In this document: positions 39,867 to 54,900 of the stretch, piece after piece
Layout: each line of letters starts with the position of its first letter
Position numbering within the stretch: position 1 is the first letter of the stretch
Assembly: GCA_051362555.1 (NCBI GenBank)
Contig: CM120648.1
Coordinates: 9,606,587-9,670,586 of the forward strand
Length of the DNA stretch: 64,000 nucleotides
From: Lingula anatina
Lineage: Eukaryota; Animalia; Brachiopoda
Reading direction: 5' to 3'
Notes under the pieces: generated by a model
What the model was told of the DNA's origin: nothing
Database searches by the model: none
The model's input: only the letters and a program-made list of their open reading frames with translations
Translations under genes and position numbers: made by a program

Positions 39867-42800
39867 GTGAATGTATTCGGCTACTTTGAAAGGATCCTTC
39901 ACATTTCTTCTAAGAAAAATGATAAATGAATGCAAGAAGAATACATTTTGCATAGATTCATCTATATGATTATTTTTTCAATGATTTTAGCTAAGAGTGT
40001 ATTGAATAGTGGCACTCCTCTGTCAGTTTTGATCGACGTGAAACACTTTTTAAGTATACCCCGAGATTCAGAGGTTGCTAGAAAATTTGCCTGAGCTGTG
40101 CTCTTCAGTGGCATCTTCCAGTAAATATTCGATACTCAGGGTAACATAAGCTTTTAATGGTAGATTATTATATTAGACATATTACAAGTCAGCAGCGTTT
40201 GTCACTATAATGTCAGATTTCTCACTGGACTTTGTGTAATGGATAGAGTGGTTTTACTCCCTGGCTAGTCTACAGTTTGACCAGTATTTTTTTATTGTGG
40301 TAAACAGTGACATCTTCTTAGATTTGGCTGAAAAACTCAATCTTGAATTTATTATCCCTATTATATTTTCAGAAAATTTTATAATATAAAAACAATGAAT
40401 TAGCTTTGAATTAGCTCCCACTGTTGTCATGAGTTGCAATGACAGATTAATCCTCGTTGACACTTGTGAAATCTATGACATATTACCCACAGTTCCAAAG
40501 TCATCCCCCGAGATGGTGAAAAAACATCAGCCATAGTTTAGCTTAGAAGTGAATTGGAATTCGTAGCATGATTTTCATGTTTGCGTGAAGCGTATCGTAA
40601 TTAATCAGTTGTCAGATTTTAGCATGCTGTATGTGATAACTTGTATTCACTGGCAGAAGTGGTATACCCATATGTTTTTTTAGTGTGCATAATAAAACTA
40701 CAATTTGTACCTTGTGTATGCTGTTTATTTTTCATTTAATGAAACTTCGTCATCTTCCACATTTATAAGCATATTGTAACATTGAATGTTGAAATCATAT
40801 TTTTCATTCAACAACAATTGAATTTTATAGGCAGTAAGTGAAAATTAGATGGGCCATTTGACCCAAGATAAGAATTATCAGGAAAGTGCTGATTATTGCG
40901 ATGAAGTAGCAATGTGGTGTGTGTTTGACTATTATCACTTCATGATAAAGTAACTACTGTTGCTGATTTGAAATCAAGGCACAGAGACATGCCATGATAT
41001 GATGCGATATGGACAGTTTATATCGCCATTCAGTCCTGACCAGAATGTAAGGCGAGAGTTTAAGTGGGGAAAAAAAGCAACATATTTCTTCTCCCCCCCC
41101 CCTTGTCTACCCCTACCACACACCTGGGTAAAATTTGTCAACTACATGTGAAAAAGGACAGGTATGCCTGTTTACTCAATGCATAAACATTCCCCAAAAG
41201 TGGCAAAGAATCCATTTTTGTCTATGTGCTTCATATGAAACATTTATAATTGATGCTCGTGCTTCCTTATTTTTGCTTACCTCACCTCTATGCAAAACTA
41301 CTGTATATACATGAGACGGAAATTGTGTAATTCACACATCTTGTCACCAGTGGGGAAAAGATAAGTTGATGTCTGTCGTAACAGTAGGTTGTCAGTAGGT
41401 AGCTGATGTAAGCTGGATCTTAACAGTAGGAATGACTTTAAAGGGACACTGCTGTATAGACAAACATGCAACCTTCCAAAAATCTGAAACGTACTTCAAA
41501 ACAATTAATCCTAATTTTAGGACTTTTCTTGTGTATTTCATGACATAAACTGTCAGTATCAGCATTCTTTTCCGAAATTATCTACATCCCTTACATAATG
41601 CATCTGTTCCACAGAAGTTATCTTATGTTGTTGCTATGTTGCTATGTATTTCTGTCATTTTACATCCTATGAAAAGGCAAAGGTAATTCCTTGAGCTAAG
41701 AAGTTAAAAAAACTTGAGGCAAAAGATTTTACAAGAGGGGGGAAAATTATTACTTACTAAAAGGGGAAAATATGATTGAATGACATGCTTCATAAAGGAC
41801 ATCCCAATCATAACTACTGTAAGAATGTAGGTGTGGGTTGCTGACAACGTATCCCTCATTGTTGTTTTAAGATATCCAATCAGATAGGAGCTTCTGTCGA
41901 ATATTTCTGCAGACTGAGCGGCCATTGTGGAGGTTGAATATACGGCTGTTTTCTCTGTTTTCTTTTCCTCGCAGCCTGTCTCTCTCACCTGACCTTTCAA
42001 TATGTCTCCCGTTTTAACCACAATGAATTGGTGTTCAGCGGGTATCTGGTCATTTAGTGGATAAATTGAACATTAAATAGGTTCTCATATTTGTAAGGGA
42101 CAAGGTAGATAAAATTTGGCTGCTATTTATGTTATTTTGGGGCTGTTGTCAAAAAACATTTGGTTTTGTGTTTAGATAAGAATGTTGAAATTTAAGATTT
42201 ACATGGTGTCATTCTCCAATGGCATGCTTCCATTTCTTCTCAATTTTTTTTTCTTTTGAAATCTAAAATTTTCGAAACTTAATGAAAGATTGCAAGTTGG
42301 AAACAAATTCTTTTGAAAATGTTAGCTAGTTTTTGGATGAAGTAATGTACAACAGAGTGCAAGGGCATTGACCAAAACTTCTCACTACTGCCACTAGGAC
42401 CCAGGTCAAAATCACAATAAAAGGGAGCCTCTTATTGGTGATGACATTTACGCAAACATCAACTGGGCATCAAAACGCCACAGGAAGTCAGCTTGAGCAT
42501 CTTGTTTTCTTTCAACTTCTATCAGATCTAGGAGGCACCAGAGATGAAAAATGATGAAAACAGTGAATAGATTGGTCTTTGTCTGGTGCTAATAGAGTAA
42601 ATTCTTGGTTACATGATGTTTGTTCAGGGACCACTGATGTCACCTTGAGATATTTGGTTGGGATGTGGGGTGAAAATTTTAGGTTTTAGTGTCTCTATCC
42701 TTACTTCCTGCTTCTGTTAGTAAGGGTAGGGGTAACATTTTTTCTCAATTACTTGCCCATTTGATGACTTTAATCCAATTGCATTCTGAAACATTGTTCA

Positions 42801-45263
42801 AATCCCTTAAATGTCTATTTTATCTTCAAAAAGTTTTAGGTATCTTCCTTTTTTTTTTTTTTTTTAAGAGCAAGAATAATGTCATAGAACAAAATTTATT
42901 TGTACAAAGTAACTTCTCCTGAATGCTTATGTTTGCATGATTGCATATACACGTTTGAAAAATGAATCCTATATTTTCAATTTCCTTACAGTTTTCAAAT
43001 TCCCTCCTGTTCTAATTAAAATTTTCTGCCTAATTGTGTGCATTTTGAAATGGACATCCCCTTTGGGCATGCCTTACAGGCCACGGTGACATTTATTGCA
43101 TTGTATCTGACTTCTAATTAAGCCCCACCCCCATAATTTCCTCTGAAGTATTCAATTTAAGAAACCCTGTCCATTTCTTTTCCAAATAATCCCCCTTTAT
43201 TCTGTGTTCATGGGGTGTTTTTCCCCAAAATTTGGCAGCAGAAGATACCTGAAGACAAATGGCCGCCATAGGGCACAGGTTTTGTGTGTGTCCCATATGA
43301 CACATAAATAAGTATCAGGTTGTAAGGATCCACCCCCTCATCCATCACACTAGGACTTATTGTCTTTTATTTTGCTCCCAGCTATGAGACGGACTGAAAC
43401 TGAATTTTATCTTGAAAGGGGAATGTTTGGGAAAAAAGTCCTGGTTTTTCATGTTAGACATGTTTCATTGACGTTGTTATGGGCTTTTATATATTTTATG
43501 TTTTACCTTTTGTTACCCTTTTTTTCTTTTGCTTCTGGCAAAGAGAAAGTTACTTTTTTAAAGAAAAATAATTTGGGTTTATGCTGCAGAAAGGCAGGCT
43601 TAAACCTCATTTCGTTTGGTTTTGATTTAACCTCTCTGTATTATGTGTGTAGAAGATTTTACCCCTTATCTTGATAACCAATGGCTTCAGTTTATATTGT
43701 GTGTGTGTGAAGAAATTAAGACGCACATAGCCATGTTGCCTTAACATGTTAAGATTTAGTTTTGTGATTTGTATTATTGTAAAATTCTCTCCCCAAGCGG
43801 GTTTTTCTCTTTTACTCCTCCCCCTCTCCTTCTTTGTGATATTTTAAAGCATGCAGGCACACGTGTATATGTACTACTGGCACACTCACGCACACACGCA
43901 CACACAGACACACACACACACACAGCATAAATCAAGTATACAAAACTTAATAATATGACATGAAAACGACAGCTGTCTTTTATCACAACGTAAAGAATGG
44001 TTATTGACACAGCTTAGCAGGTTAAGCCATCTAACACGCTAAATCATAAAAATATCACATGCTATTTGAACTGTCATGAAATATTCAAGTCTGTGCTGCC
44101 CTCACTTTTCTGCACTTAATAGATGAGAACAGAAAATTCACTTAAACCCTGCTCTTTTGTTATTCAGAACTTAAGCTGGTAGATCGATATAAAAATAACT
44201 CCTTTCATCGTCTTTCTGCATTGCTTTTGTAGGTTATAAAAATATTTCTACATAAATATTTCATGGGTAAGTTAACAAGCATTTATACATTTTTCCCAAG
44301 TTATGTCCAGAGTAAATATGTTAGTGCCAGAAATCAAAATTGAAAATTTGAAATAATTGACTGCATTTAGCAGGTGTGCTTTATTGTGATAATGAGGTGT
44401 CACTTCCTTGTTTACTTAACTCGTTTTGTCATTTGGTTATTTTTGGGAGAAAAAAAGCGCTGCTGAAGCTGAACTTTGAGTACTGTAAAGGATACATGAA
44501 ACATGGTAGTAGAAGGGGAGAGGGGTAGATATGTGCTGTCTTCCACATTGGTTAAACATTTTTCTGTGCATTTGACAGAAACAGATAGATTTTAAATACT
44601 GGTCAAAATACCATTGTTGGGAAAAAAATCTGCCCCCTTGTACATCTTCATGCCCCCACAAAGTCAAATGAAGAACAATTTTCTTAGTTATCCAGTAATT
44701 TTATGAAATTGGATTGAAAACAAAGGAAATTTGTCTTTCTCAATGCAGGCCCCCATGCCTCCATGACAATCAGTCAAGGATACAGATCAATTATGTATTT
44801 GCTCTCTGAAAATAGGTTGAATCTTCAAATCTGACTTCTGTTTCTGAAAAGAAATACATAGCATGATAGGGCCTTTTTATCACATGGTGCACTTAAGTTA
44901 TATCTCACAATTAATTTTTTAGTACAGAGGAAATTTTTTAAAAAAATCCCTTGAAAAAACTTACTTTCTGGTAATACGCCCTTCTGTTCTAAATTCGCTA
45001 CCCCAATAATTATTGTCTTTACTCTTTAAAGACAATGGATAAATACACTCTGATCTGATTTAAGCAAAGTATGAAACGCCATTAATATGCCCTTCTATTA
45101 ATAATACAACACCTCAATTATACCCCTGCCTTAATAACACAATAGAAACCCACTCTAATCCAATTGGTTTTCCCAAGGGGGGGATATGAAATCTATTCAT
45201 ATAACACATTTATCCTGTATAGATGTGTAATTACCCAGATATGTGATTGGTGAGTTTTGTTAG

Positions 45264-45353
45264 GCTACCAGTTCTTCGTGGACATATGGCATGGTTGTCG
45301 TGTTACAGTATGTGGTGACGGTGTTATTGATGAAACGGTTATTGTTTCTGATG
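45264..45353 (+). other. Candidate 90-nt symmetric (phase 1-1) cassette exon
   Basis: ttttgttAG acceptor and ATG|GTAATG donor, reading GYQFFVDIWHGCRVTVCGDGVIDETVIVSD, with a TGCATG cluster downstream. Confidence 0.25.
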
Positions 45354-48300
45354 GTAATGGAGGGTTGTCGTTGGGGATGGGTCTCCTGAGTATCAATATA
45401 TATGCACAGTGGGTGTTTGAATGTGAAGATTTAGATGTGATTGGTCATAAGGGCACTTCGCTGCATGTCTTATTGGGCTCACATGCATGTGCATACAGAA
45501 AAACATATGCAAAATGTGCATACAACAGTGCATGCATGTGCCCTTTAAGAGCATGTTATGTGCACATCTGCTGGCATGCGTGCACATGCACCACGTTTGC
45601 ACATGAGTGTAAGCGTTTCTGCATGCACATGTTTGCAACACACAAAATAGGCCAATACACACAAACTCTTGGTCTAGCATTCCTAGAAACTTTGAGACAA
45701 CGTTATTTATTTCACAATTCCATCCTTATCACTTGATTTATGTGATCTTCTGAGCTTTTGTTCTGTAACTTGAAAAAAAATCTGAGCAGCAAATATTTGT
45801 CCAGGGTTTGTTGACGTCCCTTGAAGACCTGGGGGAGGGGAGAAGGACGCACATTTTGGCGACAATTATGGTGCAGGGGTAACGTCATACTTTTTATACC
45901 TCCATGGGCTATCTAATAACACTGTGCCATATTATATTTAAGAGGATATTTTTTGTAATTATAGTATTTACCTGAATGCTTACAGAGAAATTTTTTAGTC
46001 TTATTGTTGGATAAGGAATATCAGCTTGAAAAGGCTATTGAAGTGCTACTTTCTGCAGGGAATGGGTGTAACTTGTTTGAAAAAGATATTTTCTGAAAAA
46101 AATGCGATAAACATACAATTGGGAATATGCCCTAGAGGAACAAGTAGCAGAGAATAGAGAAAACAAACAATAAAAGGCCACCCAAGTTATTAAACCTTGG
46201 GTAAAAAAAAAATGGAGAGGAGCAGTTTCCTTTGAAATGTATGGCACAGTTTTGTCAACAATACAACAAAAAATCAAAAATTAAGTAATATTAACTGAAC
46301 TGGAGGACTTTTTTTAGGGGGGGGGGTGAAGAGGTCAAAGAATCCCAATTTGTTTCTGCTGTGTCTCACTTTGAATTAAGTGTCACCTAGTCACGTTTTT
46401 CTTCTTATCGAATTTGTCCATCTTGCCTTATCAGAAATTCACATATATCACAGGAAATTATCATACATGTCATCTTTTACCACTGAAAAATGTCTCCAGT
46501 GCCACCCCTTCATAGGTGAAATAAGACACACAGTCCTTGATAACACAAGAACTTCCAATTTTGGAGATTTTTGTATGTTAAACTTGGGATTGATTAGACA
46601 TGATTGCATCGATGTAGGTAACTTGAATTATTTTACGCTAGGAATTCCAGTGGCATTTCTGAAAATTTTTAAGTAAAAGGACCAGGATTGGCTAAAGAAT
46701 GGTCCACCAAAAGCCATACATATATACTAGTATATATATTTTATCACCTTTAAGAAACCTTTTGGAGAATAATTTCTCTACAATTAAGAAACAGTTTGTG
46801 GGAAATAATTTCACATCAGTGAATAGGTTGTCTCCATAAATAATTTTACGAATTAAGGAATTGTTTTTGGAAAAGAGGTGCCAAGGACACTTTAGGTACT
46901 GGACAGAATGAAGCCGGTTTAAAGTTTCCAGTTGAGACAGATGAGACAATATGAATGAGACACTAACTGCCATTGACACACTAAGTCTGTGCCCCTTACA
47001 CCAACCATATAAAAGCTCTCAACACCTCTAGCTCCTATTTCTCTCTTTAAAAAAAAGGGCAGTCATAAAGAATATCACAGATGACTGCTTTAAAGGCATC
47101 AGGTCAGGTATGGTTTAAGTAGACATTGTGGACAAAGAGCCCCCTTGGAATCAGTGATCAGTTGATACCCAGTGACTTTTATTGGGGTATTCTTTGCTAA
47201 AATGACGGGGATCCAGTTGAAAGACATTCGGACAGGCCTCATCAATCAGAAAGTGGCTCCATTGCCGGAGTTGCAGATCAGCCATGGTGGTTTTTGTCTA
47301 TAATGATCATTTAATGGGCCCCTCATAAAGCTCGGGTTTTTATGAATTTTTTGGATTCTTTATCATTATTGGAAGCCCTGGTGGCAGATCCTCGTTGGTG
47401 GTATTATATTGCCCCATTGCTACTGGATATTAGGATGGCTCCCGTCTAGGTGTCGTATTTTATTGAGGATGGTTTGAGAATGAGGGGCCTTTTCAAAATT
47501 TCTCCAGTTAAATTTTAAAATGGGATAGGGTTTGAATGTTTGTGTTTTTTCTTCTTTGTTATTCTATGTTTGTTGCCCCATGAAATTGCAAGGTTTATTA
47601 CAGGAAAATGTGTATTTATTTTCTGGCAGTTGACTAAAAACCAGTAAATCACATTTAAACTAGAACTCTTTCATTCTTTGTATCACTGATATATTTTAAC
47701 CTATGCTATTTGTATAGCAAGATTAATTGATGTCCATAAAGAAATTTTTGAAAAGATATAATCCTGATTATCAAAATTAAAAGCATTGGTTTGATTTAAA
47801 AAAGATTAATCTTTTGACCCACTCCCTCTTAGCCTGGCGGCAAAGCTATGGATCCTCTGTGCGAAAGAAAAGGTACCCCCACTGCGCGAAATATGGCAAC
47901 ATTTGTCACTACATTTCTTTAGGAAGGGCACCCAGGTGGTTTGAATAGACAGATTATGCCTTTTCATTTGGCACATAAAAACCTGCCTTCCTCACCAGGC
48001 AGCCATGACAGTAAGCTCTCATTTCTCGCCTGGCAACCTCAGTGGACGTCAAAATTTGTCAGATAAAAATTTGCGTTTGATTGGGCAATTTATATCCTTC
48101 ATTTCTATAGAACATCTATGCATGTCAAAATTGTTCAATAAAAATGTCTCCTCTGATTGGACTATTTATTTTCTGATTTTTCAACACATTGTCCAGTGAT
48201 GCCCCAATTTTCAGATAAAATGTCTCTTTTGAAGGGGTGATTTATTTTGCTGTGTTTCAACTCTGGAGTATAATTGGGAATTGGGGAAAGGGTGGGTTTA

Positions 48301-51300
48301 GTGCATTCCTGCTTTCTTCCCATGCCTTAGCATTATTAATCCTTAGACATACCTGTCCGACTTTGCAGTGGTCAGAATGAAGCTTATTTCATGTCCATCT
48401 GTGAAGTAATCGCTGTCCAAATTGGAAGAAAAATCAAAACGTTGGCATGCTGAATCCATATGGGTTTTTGTAGCTTAATTGGGTTGAGTGGAATTGGCTA
48501 ATTATATTGTATAGAGGTCGTGGATGGGAGCAATTTTGCTCATTTTATGTGGTGGAAATTATGGGTTGTGTCACAAATAGTGGTGACATCTATGTTGTTT
48601 TCTTGGTCCCAGGGGTCGGACAATCAGTTTATTATTTATTGGTGAAAGATGTTTTGATTTTAAATCTTCCGAAGAATGATGACATGTTTGTGACAGATGA
48701 ATTCAAGTCAACTCATGTGTTGATGTGATTTTTGTCATCAGATTAGTTGATTACTAAGACATTCTTGTGGCGATGATGACTTACGAAGAAATTGTCCACT
48801 ATTTGAGAAGGCAGAAATGGGTTCCTTATGTGAAGTTTGTACAAAAGTTGGAAAAAAGCCCAATTATCCAAGATTCATTTGACAGACAAGCAGATCAGGG
48901 TTAATCCGTAATTTGAAAATTTTGAAAAAAATTAATAGATAAATCAATGTTTTGAATAAAATAAATGAAATATGTTCTGCAATCTTGTCTAATATGTCAC
49001 TGTAGTGGACAAGTTCAGATGATTAGGCCATTGTAGGAATTCTAAAAGAAATAACAGTTTTTGAATGCTTACGGTTTTGATGAATTTTTCTCAAGACTAC
49101 AGGTTGTATCTGGTGCATTTACTGTATGACTGCTTCAGGATAAAAGGGAGGCAAATTTTTTTTTTAAATTACAAAGTCATCTAAAAATTTTGACTGTATT
49201 TCAATATCTAATTTATATGTTACCTTGTGTTATGAAAATGTGCATTATCTGATTAAATTATATCATTTTTGATAATACTCTACTACCAGAAAATTTTAAT
49301 ATTTTTATGAATCATTTTGAAATATTTTTTGAAAGCTTCAGGTTTAGTACAAAGAATACATAAACTAGGAAAGGCTGGCACGTGCATTATGTCATTGCCA
49401 AAAACATCCAACTGAAACTTAAACCTCAAAATGAATTGACCAATGTGAGAACAGGGCATTAAGTCTCATTCGCTACACCTTGTATAACAGAACTACCTCT
49501 TTATAACCATAACAAGATTACCAACCCATCCCTAAGTTTATTTACTTAGACCCTTTCTACCAGTCTCTATGATATTGTTTTGTCTGTGGAGAGTTTTTGT
49601 TGCTAATCAAATGTTGTTGTAGAGATTATCGTATCATTGGGAAGTTGATTCATTAGGAAGTCGTGTTTACCCCTGACTCTATCTGGACGCCTTTTGATGC
49701 ATGCTGGGATTGTACCTAGAAGTAACCATTTTGGCTGAATTTTGGTACACAATGATTGCATACTAAAAATTTACTTGCAGAATATGAGATCACCTTGAGT
49801 TATCCCTAGTATAATACCATTCAAGGATATGTAGTCAGTTTAAATTTAAAAAGTTGGAATTTAATCTCAATGTCATGTCATCAAGGAGTAAGGCAAAACA
49901 GTAAGGTTATATGTTGAAACAAGAAAAATTTGGCAGAGGAGTAAAGGAGATGTTAAATTCTTCTCAATGGTTACACTGTCTGTAATATTTATTGTGTGCT
50001 GTTTGCTCCTAGTTCTCATACCGTGGGATATTAATGGAGTGACGTGACTGGAATTGCAGACTGAAAACAAATCCAATGAATGAAGTCTGGCCAGTCGTTT
50101 TCTTATAACAAGAGTTATAAAAAGAGTTTAGCCCCCCCCCCTCCCCCCCAAAAAAAAAAAAAAAAAAAAAATGGTCAAATCTTTTAGACCAGAATTCTAG
50201 TCTACTTCAACCAAAGGTTTATCAGTAATAGTCCAATTATATGATATGCTGTTCGTGTCATTTAAAACAAGAATAACATTGCTCATGTTTTAGATCAATA
50301 CTTTCTATACTTAATTGAAGTACGATTACTTTTATCTTGAGCTGAAGTGGCCATGTTTTTTGTCTAAATGTTTAGGACAATTTTTTGAGCTTAATTTGTT
50401 ATTAAAAATGATGCTAGTCCCAACTGTAATTTGATGAAATAAGGGAGAGCATGGGGTGGGGGGTCAAGGTGCAAATCCTTTTGTTAACTTACATTCTGAT
50501 ATTCAACTCCCTGCAAATATAGCCTTCTGTAGTATTTATATGTTGGAATTTCCCCCAAATAAGCTTCATCTGTTACTAGTTTGTCAGGTAAAAAGGCTAG
50601 TCTTTTGGTCAGTGACAAGAGTATTTTAAGTCATAAGTTTCTGTATACTGTGTATTACAGAATTTTATGAAGCTGCCCAACTTTTTTAATGACAGGGCCC
50701 TTAAAGATATCTGAATCCTAAAATTTGTATTTGGTTGAAAGACCAGAGTTTAACTGCTTGCATGAGTAAAAATCCTAATGTAAAAAAGTTAAGCTGATAC
50801 AAACGGAACATGGGGTCCTTCAAGCGAAAAGATTTGGACCATGTAGTTCGGGTTCAGTTTGCAGAAAACGATTGAAACATGATCTAGATTGCCCAATACT
50901 TATAAATCACTCTAAAACACAATATAGGACAGCATAGATCTCTCCGTAATTGGTTAGAAATAATAGAAACCCAGGTTTATCGCTAGCCAATGGTACTGTG
51001 CACTTGAGGATCTTGACACTGGAGGAAACTGGAATGTGTGCATTTATCTGGAGCTTGATTAATTGTGTTGTTTTTATGGATTTTCTTTTTGATGCTATCT
51101 GCTGTTACATTAAGTGCAAGTGTATGATGGTATTAACAGCAACATTTGGAGAAGTAACAAATTTGTTATGATTGTAGCGGGTTGCATTACAGAAAGTATG
51201 GTAAAAGTTTGATAAAGTTTTTGAAGAAGGTTGTCTTTGTTTACAATACGTGTGCATGTTAGACCTTGAGTTTTGAAAATAATCCTGAATTGATATATAT

Positions 51301-51747
51301 CTTCATGAAGAGGGAGTCTTCAAAGTTATAAACCATACAACATAAATATCAGTCATCCCAAAGTGCAATTCTCAGTCTGGATATTTGACTTAGCTAAACT
51401 TCACACCATAAAAATCATTCAGGCACCTTTTAAGTGCTGTTGACCTTTTATTTATTGCACCATATAAAAGTAACTTCAAAAAACAATGTACTCTCGCTAC
51501 TCGCTTTGCCTGTTGACCTTCTGCGAAGGTGGTCCATCAATAAAATATCAGATAAAAGCGAAACAGTTTTTAAGTACATATTTTATTGGCACAGACTCAT
51601 GTTAATTAAACTTTGTAGACTGCTGGTATGTCTTCTGGCTATTTGCACTGAACAAGACAATGCACTTTGAAAGATAGTGTGATGTTTAATTCAGTTTGCA
51701 AAACTTCAATATGAAAATTTAGTTATGTTGTAAAATATTTATCGTTT

Positions 51748-51915
51748 CAGGCCCGTAGCCAGCAATTTAAAAAGGGGGGTTCTTTTTCTGAAAAAGTGGA
51801 CCTTTTCCCATAAAAACTTCATGTACATAGATCAAATTTTACCCAGAGTGGACCTTTTCCCAACAAAAGGGGCGGTTCTTTCGAACCCCCCGGACCCCCC
51901 CTGGCTACGGGCCTG
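51748..51915 (+). mobile_element. hAT-like MITE with perfect 15-bp TIRs and a 5-bp target-site duplication
   Basis: CAGGCCCGTAGCCAG ... CTGGCTACGGGCCTG, flanked by CGTTT at 51743-51747 and 51916-51920. Confidence 0.9.
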
Positions 51916-54900
51916 CGTTTACTCGTCAGAGTGTATGGACCCAAAAGACTACAGTTCTGTGTGGTGCTATATCATGGTACATTTGCGAAGGAGTTTTGCT
52001 ATTCTATTTGACTGTATATGTAAATAAAAACAAGATAGAAAAAAATGTAAACCAGAATGTGAGACAATTTGTTTAAGCTAAACAAGTTATGGAGAAAGAA
52101 AGAAAGATGTGTGGCCAAATAAATATTTACTATTGATGACAATGTCAAATGTTTCTTGCAGGTGAAAGTTTTTGGAATTTAAAAAATAGATAAGGTTGAT
52201 AGTTAAAACTAGGTAAATATGGTCTTGCATACTTGGAGACTATATACCCATCAAATAGAAAAATAGAACATTTCAACCTGGGAAAAAAACTTAGCAGTGA
52301 GCAAACATGTCAAAGTAAATTGTAAGAGCTTTAAATTTTCAAAAGAAAAGTGAAAAAAAAAAAAAATGCTCAGCCAATTTATACATTGCAGTAAAAAAAC
52401 ACAAGAAATGAAGATGTATAAGTATCAAAGGCTACAGCAGCATGTGCTGAAAAAATACGACCGTCCTCCAAGGGCCACTTAATTAAAAATGAGATTATTT
52501 TCTGAGAGCGGCCAATTGATGATATATTATGATTGAATGTGAATGGGGATCATATTATACTCCACACTGTACATGAACAAAGGAAAAGAGTGGGGCTGTA
52601 AAAAATGTCGAACTGTGTTTACAATTGTTTCCCCCCAAGCTACAATGAAGTTGTAAAATCAAGGGTCTATTGTGAGTTTTTTTCAAGGGGGTGGGAAGCT
52701 AGTATTTCAAGATATTGGTATGATGTTTTTTTACAAGACCTTGCCGACCTTGCCGTCCATATTGAATAGGGTGACGTGGGAAGAAGGGGTGGTGCAATAA
52801 TCACAACTGTTTAAAGATGTCAGTTTGTTGATCTATCCAATATCTGTATCAAAGAAGAAAAATGGCTGTAAGAGAAGAAAAAGCCACCAAGAATCAAATT
52901 GTTACTGGAAAGAACTGCGATCTGGTCGCCCCGTGATCAGGAATAAACAAAATCCACACACCATGTGTTATAATGTGGGCCCCCTTCCCCTGACCTTTTG
53001 ATATGAAAAAAGCATGATTTTTAAAAGAGCCATTAGTTTGTAATTTACCAAATTGCCTTGCCTTTGAACATGTATAAGGTGAAACTTTTTGCACGGGATT
53101 AGCACCTGGGGCTCTTGTATTTCCGAAATTTGTTCAAGGAGTCGGTTCTGTTAATTGGCAAATCTGAACCAACTTCTGAAGTGGATACAGCTGGGTTTTC
53201 ATTAAGAGATTTCTTCGTTTGTTTGTAGATTTTTGCAAAGCTAAAGAGTTCTGTGTTTTACCCCACCCTCAATCTTTGACTATAAAAACTCAACAAGAAA
53301 GAGATTTCATCACTGTTATGTATATATGAAGACTAACACTGAACTGAAGACTAGTGTATTATAACCTTACACAGATGTTACATATGTGTGTCTTCTATGT
53401 TTCATGAGTTGCTTTGAAAACCAGGGCAAAACCTTCATGCAATATTTAGCCTTGTAAATACTGGTAATACTGCGACAGTCCGCTAGTGAACAGAAGCTCC
53501 AGATGACAATATGGCAGGTAATTAGCTTGAAAATTTCCAAGTAAGCGTGCCACAGCTGGATACATCTTCAAAAACTTAAACCAAAAAAATTCCTGCACTT
53601 AACGACGGGACACAGAAAATGCAGAAAAGCCCCAAAAGCTGTCCATTTTTTCTCAAATAGAATATTTCACACAGTTTCACTTACGATTTCAAGAGGCATA
53701 CAGAAGTTTCAGGTGAAAAGTCAAGCAAAGTCGGACACCTTTTCAAAGCACAGTCATAATTAGCGAAGAGGAAAATCAGTTGGACCAGTGGGCTAAGTCA
53801 ATGCCTCTAGGATTTTTCAGCGCTAAGGTTCCCTGTGATTCTGGATTTCAAGCTCGTTTAAGGGTTTGAGGCTAATTGGTTCAGATAGAACCGCAGCTAT
53901 GTTGAAATGTTTTTTTCAAAATATAAGTATCGTTTCTCGTATTAACGTAAGTGAATGTTCCTGTCTGCGAACGAGAAAGATCAGAAGAGGAAATATTCTT
54001 TTCTTCTTTTTAGTTGTGGTTAAGCCATTTCTCATGTGAGTTTGATTCAAACAGAGCTGTCCTTCCTTCCTGAAATTGTTGCCAGATTGGAGTCTACTTT
54101 TTAGGGCTAAAAACAACTTTGTTTTGGCTAGGTGCAGAAGGAAGCCTTCGTAGTTCATTCAGTTTTAAGACAAGTGAACAATTTCTTCCTAATTGTTCTG
54201 CATCCACCCGAGGCATTCCTACATACCGTTACCTAATAGTTAGCAACATGACATGTGCGTAGGTTCCATAGCATTAATACTTTTGGATTGTCTTCGTAGC
54301 TGGAGTATTTTGGGTTGTAAATGTGCTTTACACTTGCAAGAAATTGGAATGATATGGAATACGACTGACCTGCTTTTAGAAAAATGAAAAACAATTGAAA
54401 TGCTGAACATCATGTTTAGTTTTAGAAAAATCAGTGTAAGACAAATTTTTAACAGGAAAGGAAAGTTTACAAGATAAGTTTAATGTTTAATTGTTTTATT
54501 TGTTATATTACAACAATCAAACAAGATCCATTGAGTTTTTGGACTGATCAGTGATGTAAAACAATTTGATTCAAAGGAAACAATGATTAAAAAAATGTTT
54601 TCTAAAAAAACATATATTGACAGGCACATACACGCACGCTCAAACACACCCAATCATGCACCTATTGCCCAAGCATTCTCAGGCTGCCTGCTGGCTTGGT
54701 AAAGAGCTAAGTTCAGCAGTTACAACTGAACTGAAAATGCATCTTTATATGTCATTCATTTTCCACAGCACCACAGTAAAAATGGCCTACCATGGACTAC
54801 TTCGTAGTCTTACTGGGCTCAGCTTGTTGTTGGCCTTTGAACATCTGTTGCGACTCGTTTACTGTAATTTTTAGTAATTTATGACGAGCACTGCTGCCCA

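Noticed and set aside
45257-45736. 159-aa ORF as a standalone gene
   Set aside because: TTG start, and the 3' half is a low-complexity TGCA-rich tract. Only the first 90 nt are kept, as a weak exon candidate.
53343-53380. GAAGACTAGTG resembling miR-7
   Set aside because: The 5' end and 3' half do not match and there is no good pre-miRNA stem.
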